A stretch of 64,000 bases of DNA, from positions 197,775 through 261,774 of the forward strand of contig NIVC01001319.1 of NCBI GenBank assembly GCA_002269645.1, in the 5' to 3' direction. The notes below the pieces were generated by a model. It was not told where the DNA came from and made no database searches. It saw only the letters and a program-made list of their open reading frames with translations. This document shows positions 11,111-21,287 of this stretch, piece by piece. This DNA comes from Macrostomum lignano. Lineage: Eukaryota. The position numbers were made by a program, and so were the translations under genes. Each line of letters begins with the position of its first letter. Positions within the stretch are counted from its first letter, which is position 1.

Positions 11111-13240
11111 TTACAATGGCGCGTCCTGAACAACGGTACCATCTGCTTTAGCAATTGACATATATTCCTCTAGAAACAATACGTGGGCGTCTAGTGCCTG
11201 ATTACCGTTTTCATTATTCTCTAACATAATTCAAACCAACAGCGCCTACGTTTTCTTTCTGTGCGGTTAGATCAAAAACAACCACTGGGTGAATGTTTAG
11301 AAACTCTGTGGGTGTGTACTGAGGAACAGCATACGCTTCATTTTTGACATAATCCTGATAATATTTTATAAAATCATTAACATTATTATTTGCAAGATTT
11401 AGATTAAGGGGGTCTTTAACCGTGAAGTGATACATTTTGGCTCTAGAAAGCTCCCATCCAGATTGAATGTATTTTAACCAATGAATGCGCTCCAAATAGC
11501 AAAAGCTGAGGACACGACCCCAACCTCAACCAATGAAAAACAGTTATGTACCATCCAATGCGATTAAGACTGAAAAGTACTATTAAAGCTCATGTTAACC
11601 AAGCAAGAAGCTGGCCCTTTTTGCTCGCTCCGCCTCTCCTCGCCCTTGCCTCTCCTTCGCCATTCTCCTAGCTTACCTCGTTTGACTATTTTGATTGACA
11701 CAGTTAGGGTCTCAACCCAAACACCAAAACTTATAAGTCGACTTACTAAAGCCAAACCAACACCCAATCCACGTTTCACAATAGACTGAACCTTCGGTTC
11801 ACCCGAACAACTAGAAACACCTTGTGACTTAAATCGAACGAGCTTCTTATTTGGAATTCCACCTTAGACATTATATTTTGTGAGAAAACATCTCGAGATT
11901 GTGACCATCAAATACAACGGTCTGTAAGTTACCATCAAGTGTTTGCATCATCAGGAAAAGTCAGTTGAATCCGCCGCCTCAGTTATTTGGCTCTCACATT
12001 GATATTTGAAGTAGAACAAGAGCCATAGAAGTGAGAGACCAGAAGAAGAACAATAACCTACATTTTAAAATATTTCAACCGGATAATATTGATCATCAAC
12101 CTGCAGGCGGATATTCTGGACATTAAACTCGTTAATAGCCGAAACCGCGTTGTCAGTTGCGGTGGCCGCCTGTGCTGCTACATCTCCTGATTGAAGCCAA
12201 TATAAATCCCCGTTTGCTCTTTTACTCCTTCTATTTGTTATTTTAAACCAAACAAAAATATATCTCACCCGGCGTTTTGATGTCAGTATTTGCCACTGGA
12301 ATGAATCCTGATTGTTATTAACGGTTCGCATAAAGTGTCGACGATTTAAATAAAATATTTCTTGATCAACCAATAACTGATCATCGATGTGTTTTAAAAG
12401 CGGAGCTGTTACCTCTATAGTTGGTACGACTAATTGAATTGAAGCTATGCGAACTGCTATATCGGTTGAAATCGAAGTTCCATAAAGTATCCTAGGCTGA
12501 TATCCACCAGATATTTGCAACTGTATACCAAATTTTAATCCTTTCCATACACGATTTGGTGAGAAGAACCCAAATAGTGGGAAGATTGAAAAGTCCTGCT
12601 CATATGCGGTTGCCGTGGTTAAAACCGCGACTGGAAATTTATTCTGGCGATCTATAAAACCGGTGTTAATATCTTTTGTGTTAGTCATTGTAGTTACAAC
12701 TGGAACTATATTGGTATTAAGATAAGCTATAAGAGCTGCGGTATCTGCGCCAGCTGCGTTTTGTACGTTAGGGAAAACTACTGCTTGTCCATTACCCTTA
12801 TCCGGCATCCACCCAACACTATCACCAACTTGTTTTGATAAATAAGTATAATTTAAATGTTTCAAAACTTCATTAATCTCTGCTGGGTTTGTTGATGTCT
12901 CAACCTCGGCTCCATTAACTGTTAGTTGGGCTTGGGAAAAACATTTATAAAACCAATCATTTTCTATAATAATACCAGAACGATCTGCGATATCGCCGGC
13001 TGCAAGAGCAGTTCCATCATTTCTAGTATACAACCATCTAACGCGGAAAAACGCATTTTTCATATCCAATATGCTGTTGGTTGCGCCGATGTCAAATGTT
13101 ACTGTTCCCGTAGTAAAATTGTTTGAATTATCGCTTGTTGGTTGGGTAAAAATTAAATCTCTTTTCCTGACCTCGTTAATATACTGACGATATTTTTTGA
13201 AATGAAATTTATCACTCCATATGGTTTTTGTTTCAGCCAT
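11111..13240 (-). pseudogene. Major capsid protein (putative double jelly-roll), interrupted by a solo LTR and a frameshift
   Basis: Polinton MCP-like N-terminal ORF 12065..13240. Removing 11423-12077 plus one TSD rejoins QYYPV-KDPLNLNL..HPVVVFDLTAQ. A 1-nt frameshift near 11230 precedes the tail NENGNQALDAHVLFLEEY. About 490 aa when repaired. Confidence 0.82.
11423..12077 (+). mobile_element. Solo LTR (655 bp)
   Basis: TGAAG...TTTCA ends, 4-bp TSD ACCG (11419-11422 and 12078-12081), three CCAAT boxes and a TATA-like tattaaa at ~11580. Excision restores the MCP frame. Confidence 0.85.
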
Positions 13241-13274
13241 TTTTTAAAGTTAAAAAAGTTTTTTATGTTAAAAA

Positions 13275-13949
13275 ATGAGTCAATTTATGGATGTTGATGA
13301 AGAGTTAGCGATTTATAAAGAGAAGCAAAAATATTCTGATTTTGTTAGAAACTTACAAAAAAGAAAGTTAGGAATACAGCTAGCTGGTGAGAAATTTGCT
13401 GCTCCTTTTGTTAATCCTATTACGGGGAAAATTAGTGAACTAGAAAAAACAGATAAAGACCTTCTTGAAAAAATTGCTAAGAATACGGAGCCAAAAGAGG
13501 ATGAAATTTTGGATGAGCCGCCTGCTTATGATGTTGATCAAGCACTATTGAGAGTTGCAGAGATTAGACGTGCAGAACGGGGTGAAGTTGATGAATATCC
13601 GAGAGCTGCACCACAAAGTATTGCTGTGGTGGATTTAGGTAATGATAATTACCGAATTGGTGGGGTTGATAAAAATCGGAATGAGCTATATAGAGAATTG
13701 GGTGGAGCAAATAATATTATTATGAACCCTAGGGTAAGATTTAACCCTGAATTATATACTAGGGATGAATTAGTAAGTGCTAAAAATTTTTATGATGAGT
13801 TAGGAGTAAGAGCTGCTAAAAATACCAGCTTGTATAAAAGAATTGTTGATTCTATAAATAACAAACCGGCTGTTGGCGAAGGATTTAAAACTCCGCGAAA
13901 ACTTGTTTTAGCTGCTGCGAAAGCTGCTGGACATACAGGAATTAATTAA
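13275..13949 (+). CDS. Polinton accessory protein with an N-terminal coiled-coil (possibly PW-like)
   Basis: Intact 224-aa ORF with AAAAATG start context. The N-terminal ..LQKRKLGIQLAGEKFAAPFVNPITGKISEL resembles, from memory, a conserved Polinton ORF; unverified. Confidence 0.6.
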   Translation: MSQFMDVDEELAIYKEKQKYSDFVRNLQKRKLGIQLAGEKFAAPFVNPITGKISELEKTDKDLLEKIAKNTEPKEDEILDEPPAYDVDQALLRVAEIRRAERGEVDEYPRAAPQSIAVVDLGNDNYRIGGVDKNRNELYRELGGANNIIMNPRVRFNPELYTRDELVSAKNFYDELGVRAAKNTSLYKRIVDSINNKPAVGEGFKTPRKLVLAAAKAAGHTGIN

Positions 13950-13964
13950 ATTTATTTTTTTAAA

Positions 13965-14467
13965 ATGGAAAATACGATAAAAGATTGTCTTTGTAAACCT
14001 ATTTATGATAAAGTTGGTTCTGACAGAATACTAAATGAAATATTTCAAGATGAATTAATAATTTCAAATCGTATTAAAACAATTCAGATGCGCCATGGAT
14101 CTCTTTATGAATTATTAGCTATTAAACATTTTGGTTTTGAAAAAGTAAATAAAATTGATTTAATTCATACCGAAAGAAAAATTGCGTTAGAGTTAAAATC
14201 TTCTGATAATACAGATAATTCATCAAGTCGATTTAGAAATATTCAAAAGTTATTAGAATTTAAATATGTTAATCCCGAATTTGATTTATGTTATATTTGC
14301 ATTAATAATACTACTAAAAACCCGTACAAAAGGTATTTGTTAATGGTGTTACTTTGTTAAGTGGGGAATTTGCTTTAAATTTTTTATATGGTGATCAATA
14401 TTTGGAAATTATTAAACTGATAGAAACATGTTTTTTAAACATTAAAAATGAGCCAACTTGTGTTTGA
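13965..14467 (+). pseudogene. PD-(D/E)xK type II restriction-endonuclease-like protein (Eco47II-like), frameshifted
   Basis: Motifs KTIQMRHGSLYE..GF..ID..ELKSSDNTDNSSS..KL. A frameshift at the A-run ~14328-14331 opens KKVFVNGVTLLSGEFALNFLYGDQYLEIIKLI to a stop at 14465-14467. The family assignment is by motif recognition only. Confidence 0.6.
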
Positions 14468-16028
14468 AGGTGGATTGTTGGATGTTCAAAAAGGATTAAC
14501 AAGCTTACCAAGCGTTTTTACTACTGGAAAATATACAAATGAATTACACATACCAGGGTATTCGTAAGCAGGTTAACCCGTGGCCTGAGTGAGGAAGGCA
14601 ATGTCCTTGCTAGTCTGCTAGTCACTATTAGTGGCGACACCTTCAAATTGCGTGAAACGCGTCATACAGCTTCAAGTACCACTTTAACTGAGAAATCTTT
14701 TGAAGGAACAGAGGTAACTCCTCTTCCCAAAGGTAACAAGCTTGAAGACATGGTGGCAATGCGCAGCCAAGCTCCTAAGTATTTAATATAAGGAGAAGGT
14801 TCAGAGAGCAGACGGAGGTGGGCGGTAATCATCACCGCTTAAAGTGTGCTCCAGCCTCTTTCGAAAGATTGTGGGGAAACTACCGGGGACAAGATTGGAT
14901 TTGAGGTTAAATCCGGATGATACTCCAAAGCCTGATTCAATTCCTATTAATGGCATTGATTGGTTAGCCTATTATCACGACTTAGCATACAGAGATGCTG
15001 ATAAGAACTCCCCCGAGGAAGCATTAAGATTAAAACATGAAGCCGATCGAAAAATGATTCAAGGATTAGATAATCTACAGGGCTTATCGGTAAGCCAAAG
15101 ATTAACTCGGTGGATGGTTAAAAAGATCTTGCAGTCTAAAGTTAAATTTGGTTTGGGAATTAATTACAATCAACATGGAAATAGTTGTGTTGATTGTCTG
15201 TTATTAAGTGGTGGTGGGTTAAGTTCTGATGAGGCAAAGGTTCTTCACAAAGAATACCGAAAGCCTAAATTTTATAGAAAAATCATGAACTTCAAAAAGA
15301 ATGAAATTTGGTATGCTGATTTAATGTCAATGCCGAACGAAAGAGGATATAAATATATCTTAACCATACTGGATGGTTTTACTCGATACGCGTGGGCTGT
15401 TCCTTTAAAATCCAAAAAAGGAGAGGAGGTTGCTGCTGCTTTTAGAAGCCTTGGAGAAAAAAGTGAAAGCTTGTGTGTTGACGAAGGAAAAGAATTTTAC
15501 AATCCTCACATGTATAAATTGTATCATTTTGAAAAAGGACAAGAAAGGAAAAAGGACGCGAATGGGGAGTATATTAATAAAATTTATTCTATTTATGGAG
15601 AAAGTAAAAACGCACTTATTGAAAGATTTAATCGAACTTTAGGTAAGAAATTGTGGTTTCAGTTTAGTTTGAATGGAAACCAAAAGTGGGTAAAAATATT
15701 GCCAGACGTTGTTAAAGATTATAATAATTCATATCATTCGGCTATAAAGATGACTCCTCAACAATCTTATAACAATCCTGAAAATGTTAAGGTTACCTTC
15801 GGGGACTTTGAAAAAAATAAAAAGAAACCTTTTAAGGTTGGTGATTCTGTTTATATCTATAAATGGAAAGATAAGTTTGAAAAAGGAAGAAAAGGATATT
15901 GGAAAATAAGTGAGAAATTTACTATCAGTAAAGTTTTAAATACAAATCCTACAACCTATATCATTGCTGATAAAGATGGTGAAGAAATATTGCGTTCTTT
16001 TTATGAGAACCAGATAATGTTAGTTTAG
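14448..16028 (+). pseudogene. Phospholipase A2-like (parvovirus/adintovirus type) plus retroviral-like DDE integrase fusion; exons 14448-14573 and 14883-16028
   Basis: Spliced product ELHIPGYS*AG|PGTRLDLRL..PINGID..AYYHDLAY (PLA2 Ca-loop and HD dyad). The rve core shows WYADL / VDEGKEF / IERFNRTL, then YNNSYHSAIKMTP and FKVGD. One in-frame TAA at 14565-14567 sits where Tyr/Phe is expected. Confidence 0.9.
14574..14882 (+). ncRNA. Group I self-splicing intron, IC1-like (with P5abc), no internal ORF
   Basis: P1: exon CAGGU pairs with IGS GCCUG (14583-14587) with the U.G pair at the splice site. P3: 14638-14644 with 14814-14820. P4: UGCGUG with UGCGCA. P5a A-rich bulge GGUAACAAGCU and a GAAA-looped P5b. 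P6a: CUCCU with AGGAG. P7: GAGCA (14806-14810) with UGCUC (14847-14851). P8: GGCGGU with ACCGCU. Removal restores G-P-G-T in frame. The terminal base is A rather than the expected omega-G. Confidence 0.88.
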
Positions 16029-16343
16029 TTTTATACTTTTAGTGACTCTAGGGGGTGGTGTATTTTTATCATCTGTTAATAAAGTTTTAAATGGTGTAGA
16101 GTATTCTTTATATTTAAATGAGTTAATAATTTGTTCAAGTTCAAAATACCATTCATCTCTATAAACTGGCGTTTTGAAATTGAACAAATTATCATTAAGA
16201 TATTCACTAACTTGAACTTCAATAGATTTGGTGTCGTATTTTTCTGGAAATTCTTTTATTAAATCTTTAATTTCATCTGTGGTTAATGGGTATATTTTTA
16301 CTCCTCGAATTTCTACATGTTTTATTAAATCCTTTTTTATCAT
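16020..16343 (-). CDS. Small hypothetical protein, KIYPL-motif family (paralog 1)
   Basis: IKHVEIRGVKIYPLTTDEI; the N-terminus may extend upstream through a frameshift. Confidence 0.6.
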   Translation of the reverse strand: MIKKDLIKHVEIRGVKIYPLTTDEIKDLIKEFPEKYDTKSIEVQVSEYLNDNLFNFKTPVYRDEWYFELEQIINSFKYKEYSTPFKTLLTDDKNTPPPRVTKSIKLN

Positions 16344-16354
16344 CTCTTTGATTT

Positions 16355-16738
16355 CTACCGTCTTATTAATAAAAATTTTTTAAGTTTTTCATAATTACCC
16401 TTCTCTATGCCATGTTTGTTAATAGTTTTTAGTGGTGGTAATGAATACTCTTTATATTTAAGATTACGAACATCAGCAAAAATATTCATTGCTGACTTAA
16501 ATGATCGTAAAGCTAGTTGATAATTATTCAAATATGTAACCAAATCAATAACATCATCAGTAATAATAATATTACTAACAAAGCTCAGGTGTCTTTTTTT
16601 AGTTTTATATTCTAGTTGGTTAATTTCAGATGGTTTTAATGGATATATTTTTACTCCTTCTAATAGTACAATTTTTATTAAACCATCATCTATCTTCTGT
16701 TTTAGATCTTTTAACCTTTGGCCAATTTCTGATTCCAT
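16355..16738 (-). CDS. Small hypothetical protein, KIYPL-motif family (paralog 2)
   Basis: IKIVLLEGVKIYPLKPSEI; AAAAATG start context; shares KYKEYS with paralog 1. Confidence 0.65.
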   Translation of the reverse strand: MESEIGQRLKDLKQKIDDGLIKIVLLEGVKIYPLKPSEINQLEYKTKKRHLSFVSNIIITDDVIDLVTYLNNYQLALRSFKSAMNIFADVRNLKYKEYSLPPLKTINKHGIEKGNYEKLKKFLLIRR

Positions 16739-16928
16739 TTTTATGGATAAATTTTATATAATTGTTTATTTGAGACAGCAAGGTAATAATTTTTTTATAA
16801 CATATAAAAACAATATTATCACTATTATTGTTACTAATAATTTTTTGACATTTGTTCAACCGTTATCAAACTTAAATTTTCATTAAGTTCATTAATTGGC
16901 ACATTTCCGATATAGGAATAATTTACCT

Positions 16929-17222
16929 TCATTTTTTATATATATTTTTAACAATAAATGTTGTTTCTGTTACAGAGTAATAGTTCATTTTTTTAATATT
17001 TTTTTCGCAGTTTAAACATTGTGCTAAAAGAAGACTTTGCTCCCCCTTATCCCAAATATAATCTAATTCTCCAATTTCAAGCGGATATATCTTTATATCT
17101 GGAAAAATATATACTTCATCGATTGTTTTATCCTTTAATAATTTTTTTATTGAATCGAGTGCATTGAACATTGTTTGGGTTGATTCAGTTATTGAAAAGT
17201 AGAGTCTGTTAACTAATTCCAT
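16929..17222 (-). CDS. Small hypothetical protein, KIYPL-motif family (paralog 3)
   Basis: NRLYFSI...IDEVYIFPDIKIYPLEIGEL; AAAAATG start context. Confidence 0.65.
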   Translation of the reverse strand: MELVNRLYFSITESTQTMFNALDSIKKLLKDKTIDEVYIFPDIKIYPLEIGELDYIWDKGEQSLLLAQCLNCEKNIKKMNYYSVTETTFIVKNIYKK

Positions 17223-17224
17223 TT

Positions 17225-17539
17225 TTACATAAAAATTTCACTTTCATTCTCCGAATCGCTAGTTTCATATGAACTATTTGTTGAGTTGGAATCATCTGAA
17301 CGAACCTCCCAATCATCCGAATTTAAATAATCTCCAAGTTGAAATATTAACTCCCCCTCTTGTTCTAAATCATACATCCCATCCAACTCTAGCGGATAAA
17401 GTTTTAGTTCTGTTTTGTCATCATATTTTAAATAAACTTCATCAATTATTCCATTCAAAATATGCTGTTTTATAATCTCTGAATTTTTAGCAACAGTCTC
17501 AAAAGTATCACTAACTGAAAAGGTGTAAACTCGGTTCAT
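17225..17539 (-). CDS. Small hypothetical protein, KIYPL-motif family (paralog 4), acidic tail
   Basis: MNRVYTFSV...IDEVYLKY..KLYPLELDG. The likely start is the AAAAATG at 17539, not the track start inside the TIR. Confidence 0.65.
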   Translation of the reverse strand: MNRVYTFSVSDTFETVAKNSEIIKQHILNGIIDEVYLKYDDKTELKLYPLELDGMYDLEQEGELIFQLGDYLNSDDWEVRSDDSNSTNSSYETSDSENESEIFM

Positions 17540-17583
17540 TTTTAGTAACAGAAAAAGACCCTTCGCGCCGCAGGCGCGGCGAC

Positions 17584-17883
17584 GGGTTATATGTAGTAGT
17601 AGGCATTTGTACGCTTCTAGATCCGTCACTTATCAAACGGGTGATTTGAAGGGCTAATAATGGGGGGACGCGAGGGAATTGTTTGGAAGTGTTAGTAGTA
17701 TTGGGTAGTGTTAGTAGTATTGTGTAGTGTTGGGGGTGTTGGGGGGTATTGGGGGTGTTTTAATTGTGTTGAGGGTGTTTAGATGTGTTTTTTGGTTCCC
17801 CCCTCGTGTCCCCCCCTCTAACCCTTCAAATCGCCTGTTTGATTAGGGGCTCTGGGTCTAGAAGCGTACAAATGTATACTACT
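17584..17883 (-). repeat. Right TIR of the inner element
   Basis: Inverted copy of 9242-9538; G-run-rich core at ~17730-17780. Confidence 0.92.
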
Positions 17884-18810
17884 AAGGTGCAATAGTTGGT
17901 CACTCGGTCATAGTATGACCGAGTGGCTGCCACCACTCTATGTGACCTGGCGCACCTGGATCTTTCTACCAGACCTCTCGAGGCTAGAGCCCCGCCTGGG
18001 ATGGTTACCAGGAGATTTAGGCTAACAGGGGAGACACATGCAGCCGAGTACAGGGACTCTGCTTGGGGCATGATCGGGAACTCTGGGCTCAATCTGGAGG
18101 ATTTCTCAGCAGGGGATCCTTTGTGGCTGTGAGCGAGGCTGACTTGCGACTTTGATTACTAAGAGTAGTATGAGGGGAACATGTACTGTCTACAGTTTAG
18201 ATTGCTCAGGGCGAAGGGACGCGTCAGCATCGGGTTGCAACCTTCCTACTGCCATTCTGTGCCAAGACTCGCTAATCCCTCTACTGCACGCACACACGGC
18301 ACCGCAGCACGCACTCACAGGCGGGCTTTGCATGGGAGAGGCCATTAGCTTACCCAAACTTCCTTATGCTTAGCCACCCCGGGAGAAAGGCTTAGCAAGC
18401 CATGAGTGAAATGATGGTGAAAGAGTGAATAATGATGAGGTTAGTTAATAGTTAATAATTAGGCCCTAAGGCAAATAGTCAGGCAATTAGGCGGCTTCAC
18501 TATTGAGTAAAATACAGCAAAAGTTACGGTATCACAATTGGCTCAGCTCTCTAATTAAGCAATGGCAAATAGGCAAACCCCGGATAAGTAAAGGCGATTG
18601 GAGCACAAATTAGTAATAGGAACTTACCGGCAGCTGCACAGAGAGAGAGAGCGGCGGAGTGACCGAGGGCGGCTGTAGGCTGCAGTCAGGCAGACAGTGA
18701 AGCGGCGATGCGCTGAAGCGACGAGGCGCTGATGTAGATCAGGCGATGCTGATGATGCTGGGCGGTACCAGACCGCTGGCCGATAGACGAGCTTACTTGG
18801 GAGCTAAGGT
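17884..18810 (-). mobile_element. LTR-like repeat, part 2 (truncated at 18810)
   Basis: Near-identical reverse complement of 31769-32695. Confidence 0.8.
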
Positions 18811-20345
18811 CAACCAACGAGCCAACGAGTTCTACCCGAAAATGGACAGCAGTGGATCCCCTGGACCCTGAAAGTTCAGGGTTCCCCAGCGTTGACGAAA
18901 GAAATCTGGAAGAGCTTAGCATCGGCCCATACCACGTTCTTCAGTCAAAACGCTACATCGAAAACGTCAGAGTTCATGAGGTGCTCAGTAGCTACGCTGG
19001 AGACTCGTGGCGCGATTTCGAATTGTTGATTTCTGAACTGCCAAGCCATTTAAAATGCTGGAAGTTTCATCAGCGAGCGCCACCAAAGGGGTGGAGCAGT
19101 AAGTTTGGAGAATGGAGGCCATCTTGGATATATTTAGCCGTTCTTCATTCCCGTCATCGGTCAAAAACTTACCGAGTTGTCCTTCGTATTTGCGAAACTG
19201 CAAGTGGTAACCGATTCGGAGTTCGTGACTCGGGGCTGCTGCGTCTGCATGGCTACTTTTCATCCTTAAAGGCCGGAAGCAGGACAGCAGGGTGTGACAG
19301 TCATGTTATGGCTGTGGTTAGAATGCTAGGCTGTTATGCATATCACCCCGAAAGCTACAACATGTGCGGCAGCAGCTTCCGATTTATTGACAGTGCTTTG
19401 CCAAAAGCACTGATTGCCAATCTTTACAATGATCAATCTGGTGGTCATCCAGCTCCAAATGCACCTCGCAGAGACAGTGCTGAATCGCAGCAAGATGAAC
19501 AGAGGCACAGTTTAAATGCTACTGGTTCATTGAATTCGCCGAAGAAGTTATTTGGGTTGCCAAATAATGGCCTGCAGTGCTACGTAAATGCAGCAGTGCA
19601 ATTGTTTCTCTGCCTGCATTCTAATGGATGCATTTTAAAAGAGACTAGCAACGACTAGCATCGAGAGCTGCTTCGTCTTCTGACGGAGATGCAACAGCGG
19701 TCTGCAACAGTCACTCCACTGTTAACGGCAGTTCGGTTGCAACATCCAGATTCATTTCAAACAAATCAGCACCATTGCGTCAACGAATTTGTTCAAACGC
19801 TTCTAATACATCTGGAATTTCTGTCATCAGATACTTTCACAGAATTTTCACTCATTCAAACTTGTCGGGATTGCCAGCGCACAAGTGCTGAAGTTCCTGT
19901 TGGCACAATCGATAACAGAGTGATTTGCATTCCTCTCTGTCAATTTGAGCGCTCAATTGTCAGTTTAGACAAAATCTTCTGCGCTTTTGTCGCTCCTCAA
20001 GTAGTGAAATGTTCGGACGCCAATTGCCTGGGCGATTGTAATCGAGAGATCGTAGTAACACCTGGAAAGTTTACCCTGATTTATCTTGATCGTGCTAGTA
20101 TGGATGGCCACCTAAAGCTTCAAACTCCTGTAAGCTTTTCTTCAAGGTCAGGGGGTGTTTCTACACTTGGTAAGCCAGTGGCCACAATATCACACCATGG
20201 AAACCGACTGAAATCGGGACATTTCACAGCAAGCGTACTGAGCTGTGTGTGGACGAATATTGACGACATGAAAGTTACGTCAGACTATAACCCGTTCGTA
20301 CGTGAGCCTGAGTGCATCGTGCTCGTTGCACTTTTAAACTCGTAA
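18811..20345 (+). pseudogene. 5'-truncated ISL2EU-like (DDE_Tnp_4) transposase C-terminus with SWIM-like finger, fused in frame to a USP/peptidase C19 domain
   Basis: KW..D..FP..E..L...G.YH..QSKRYI..HSRH..KTY..KAGSRTAGCDSHV..V..LG. USP Cys box GLPNNGLQCYVNAAVQ and His box HHGNRLKSGHFTA..W..IDDMKV. ORFs 18852 and 19689 are in the same frame, split by a single TAG at 19656-19658. Confidence 0.7.
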
Positions 20346-21015
20346 AAGCATTTTTAGCGAAAATACAATTGTTTTAAGCGAGTGTACTGTACGTTTTGTA
20401 TTGTAGATTTTAAAGGACATGCAGATTAAGAAACAATGTCATATCACGCATTCTTTACGTACCATAGGTTACATGTGAAGATAATTCAGACTGACATCAA
20501 ATAACAAAAGCTTTGAATTAGTTGTTTCAATTTCTTTTAGACTCACAATTAGCTTTTTTTACTGAAGCAAAGAACTTAAACCCAAAAACCGTTTCTTAGG
20601 ACTGAGAAACTTTTGCAATTATGATTTTACTAAGCTTTGCGTGAGAGGCGTTACTTTATTTGCTTAAAAACGTGTGCTGCTTTGCATGACATGCTTTGTT
20701 TTTATTACTTTGATAACTTGTACAGCTTTGCATGATATGCTTTGTATCCATTACGTCATAACTTGTACAGCCTTGCGTGATATTCTTTATTTTACCAATA
20801 TACATGGTTTCGGTTTATCGTCAAAAGTTCTGCTTACTAATAACCAAACGAATTTACAAGTTAATTTTTTCAAACTGAGTTTCCAGGTCGGCATTTTTAA
20901 CAGGTTTCGATACGAGCAAATCATTTTTATTATTTAACAATCAATGTATAATAGCTGAAATAAAATACACCCGCTAATGCGATATTCGAATTGAATAGAG
21001 CTTCGTCACTTGAAA

Positions 21016-21287
21016 CCGGATGGGATGTCTCGGCGATTCTAGTCGTCTGGGCCGACAAGTTATCGATTGCAGTCGGTTTGGTCCGGAGCTGAACTTCGGG
21101 CTCCATTCCAGAGCCTTAAGTTGACATGAGATCCCCAATTTATCCCCTTTATCCCCTGGGACCCCAATGAAGGGAGCCGGATGGGATGTCTCGGCGATTC
21201 TAGTCGTCTGGGCGGACAAGTTATCGATTTCAGTCGGTTTGGTCCGGAGCTGAACTTCGGGCTCCATTCTGGTGCTTAAGTTGACAT
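21016..21287 (+). repeat. Direct repeat of a ~112-bp hairpin-rich unit (21016-21127 and 21177-21287)
   Basis: Two near-identical copies separated by a 49-bp spacer. Confidence 0.9.

Larger units (their letters stand above)
9242..17883. mobile_element. 8.64-kb Polinton/adintovirus-like element lacking pPolB (inner)
   Basis: AGTAGT...ACTACT termini, TSD AAGGTG at 9236-9241 and 17884-17889, ~300-bp TIRs, and capsid, ATPase and integrase genes. An empty site with a single AAGGTG is present at 32690-32695 (minus strand). Confidence 0.95.

Noticed and set aside
11214-11789. Separate small genes at 11214..11495, 11564..11779 and 11592..11789
   Set aside because: The first is the MCP tail with an LTR-derived start; the others lie inside the solo LTR.
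14844-14882. Track start (MCSSLFRK...) for the integrase ORF
   Set aside because: These codons lie in the intron's P7-P9 region. The real 5' exon starts at the AAAAATG at 14448.
14883-14885. Alternative 3' splice site after G14885
   Set aside because: It would supply an omega-G and keep frame but delete the Pro of the conserved GPG Ca-loop, and P10 pairing fits an exon starting CCGGG. It is not fully excluded without RNA data.
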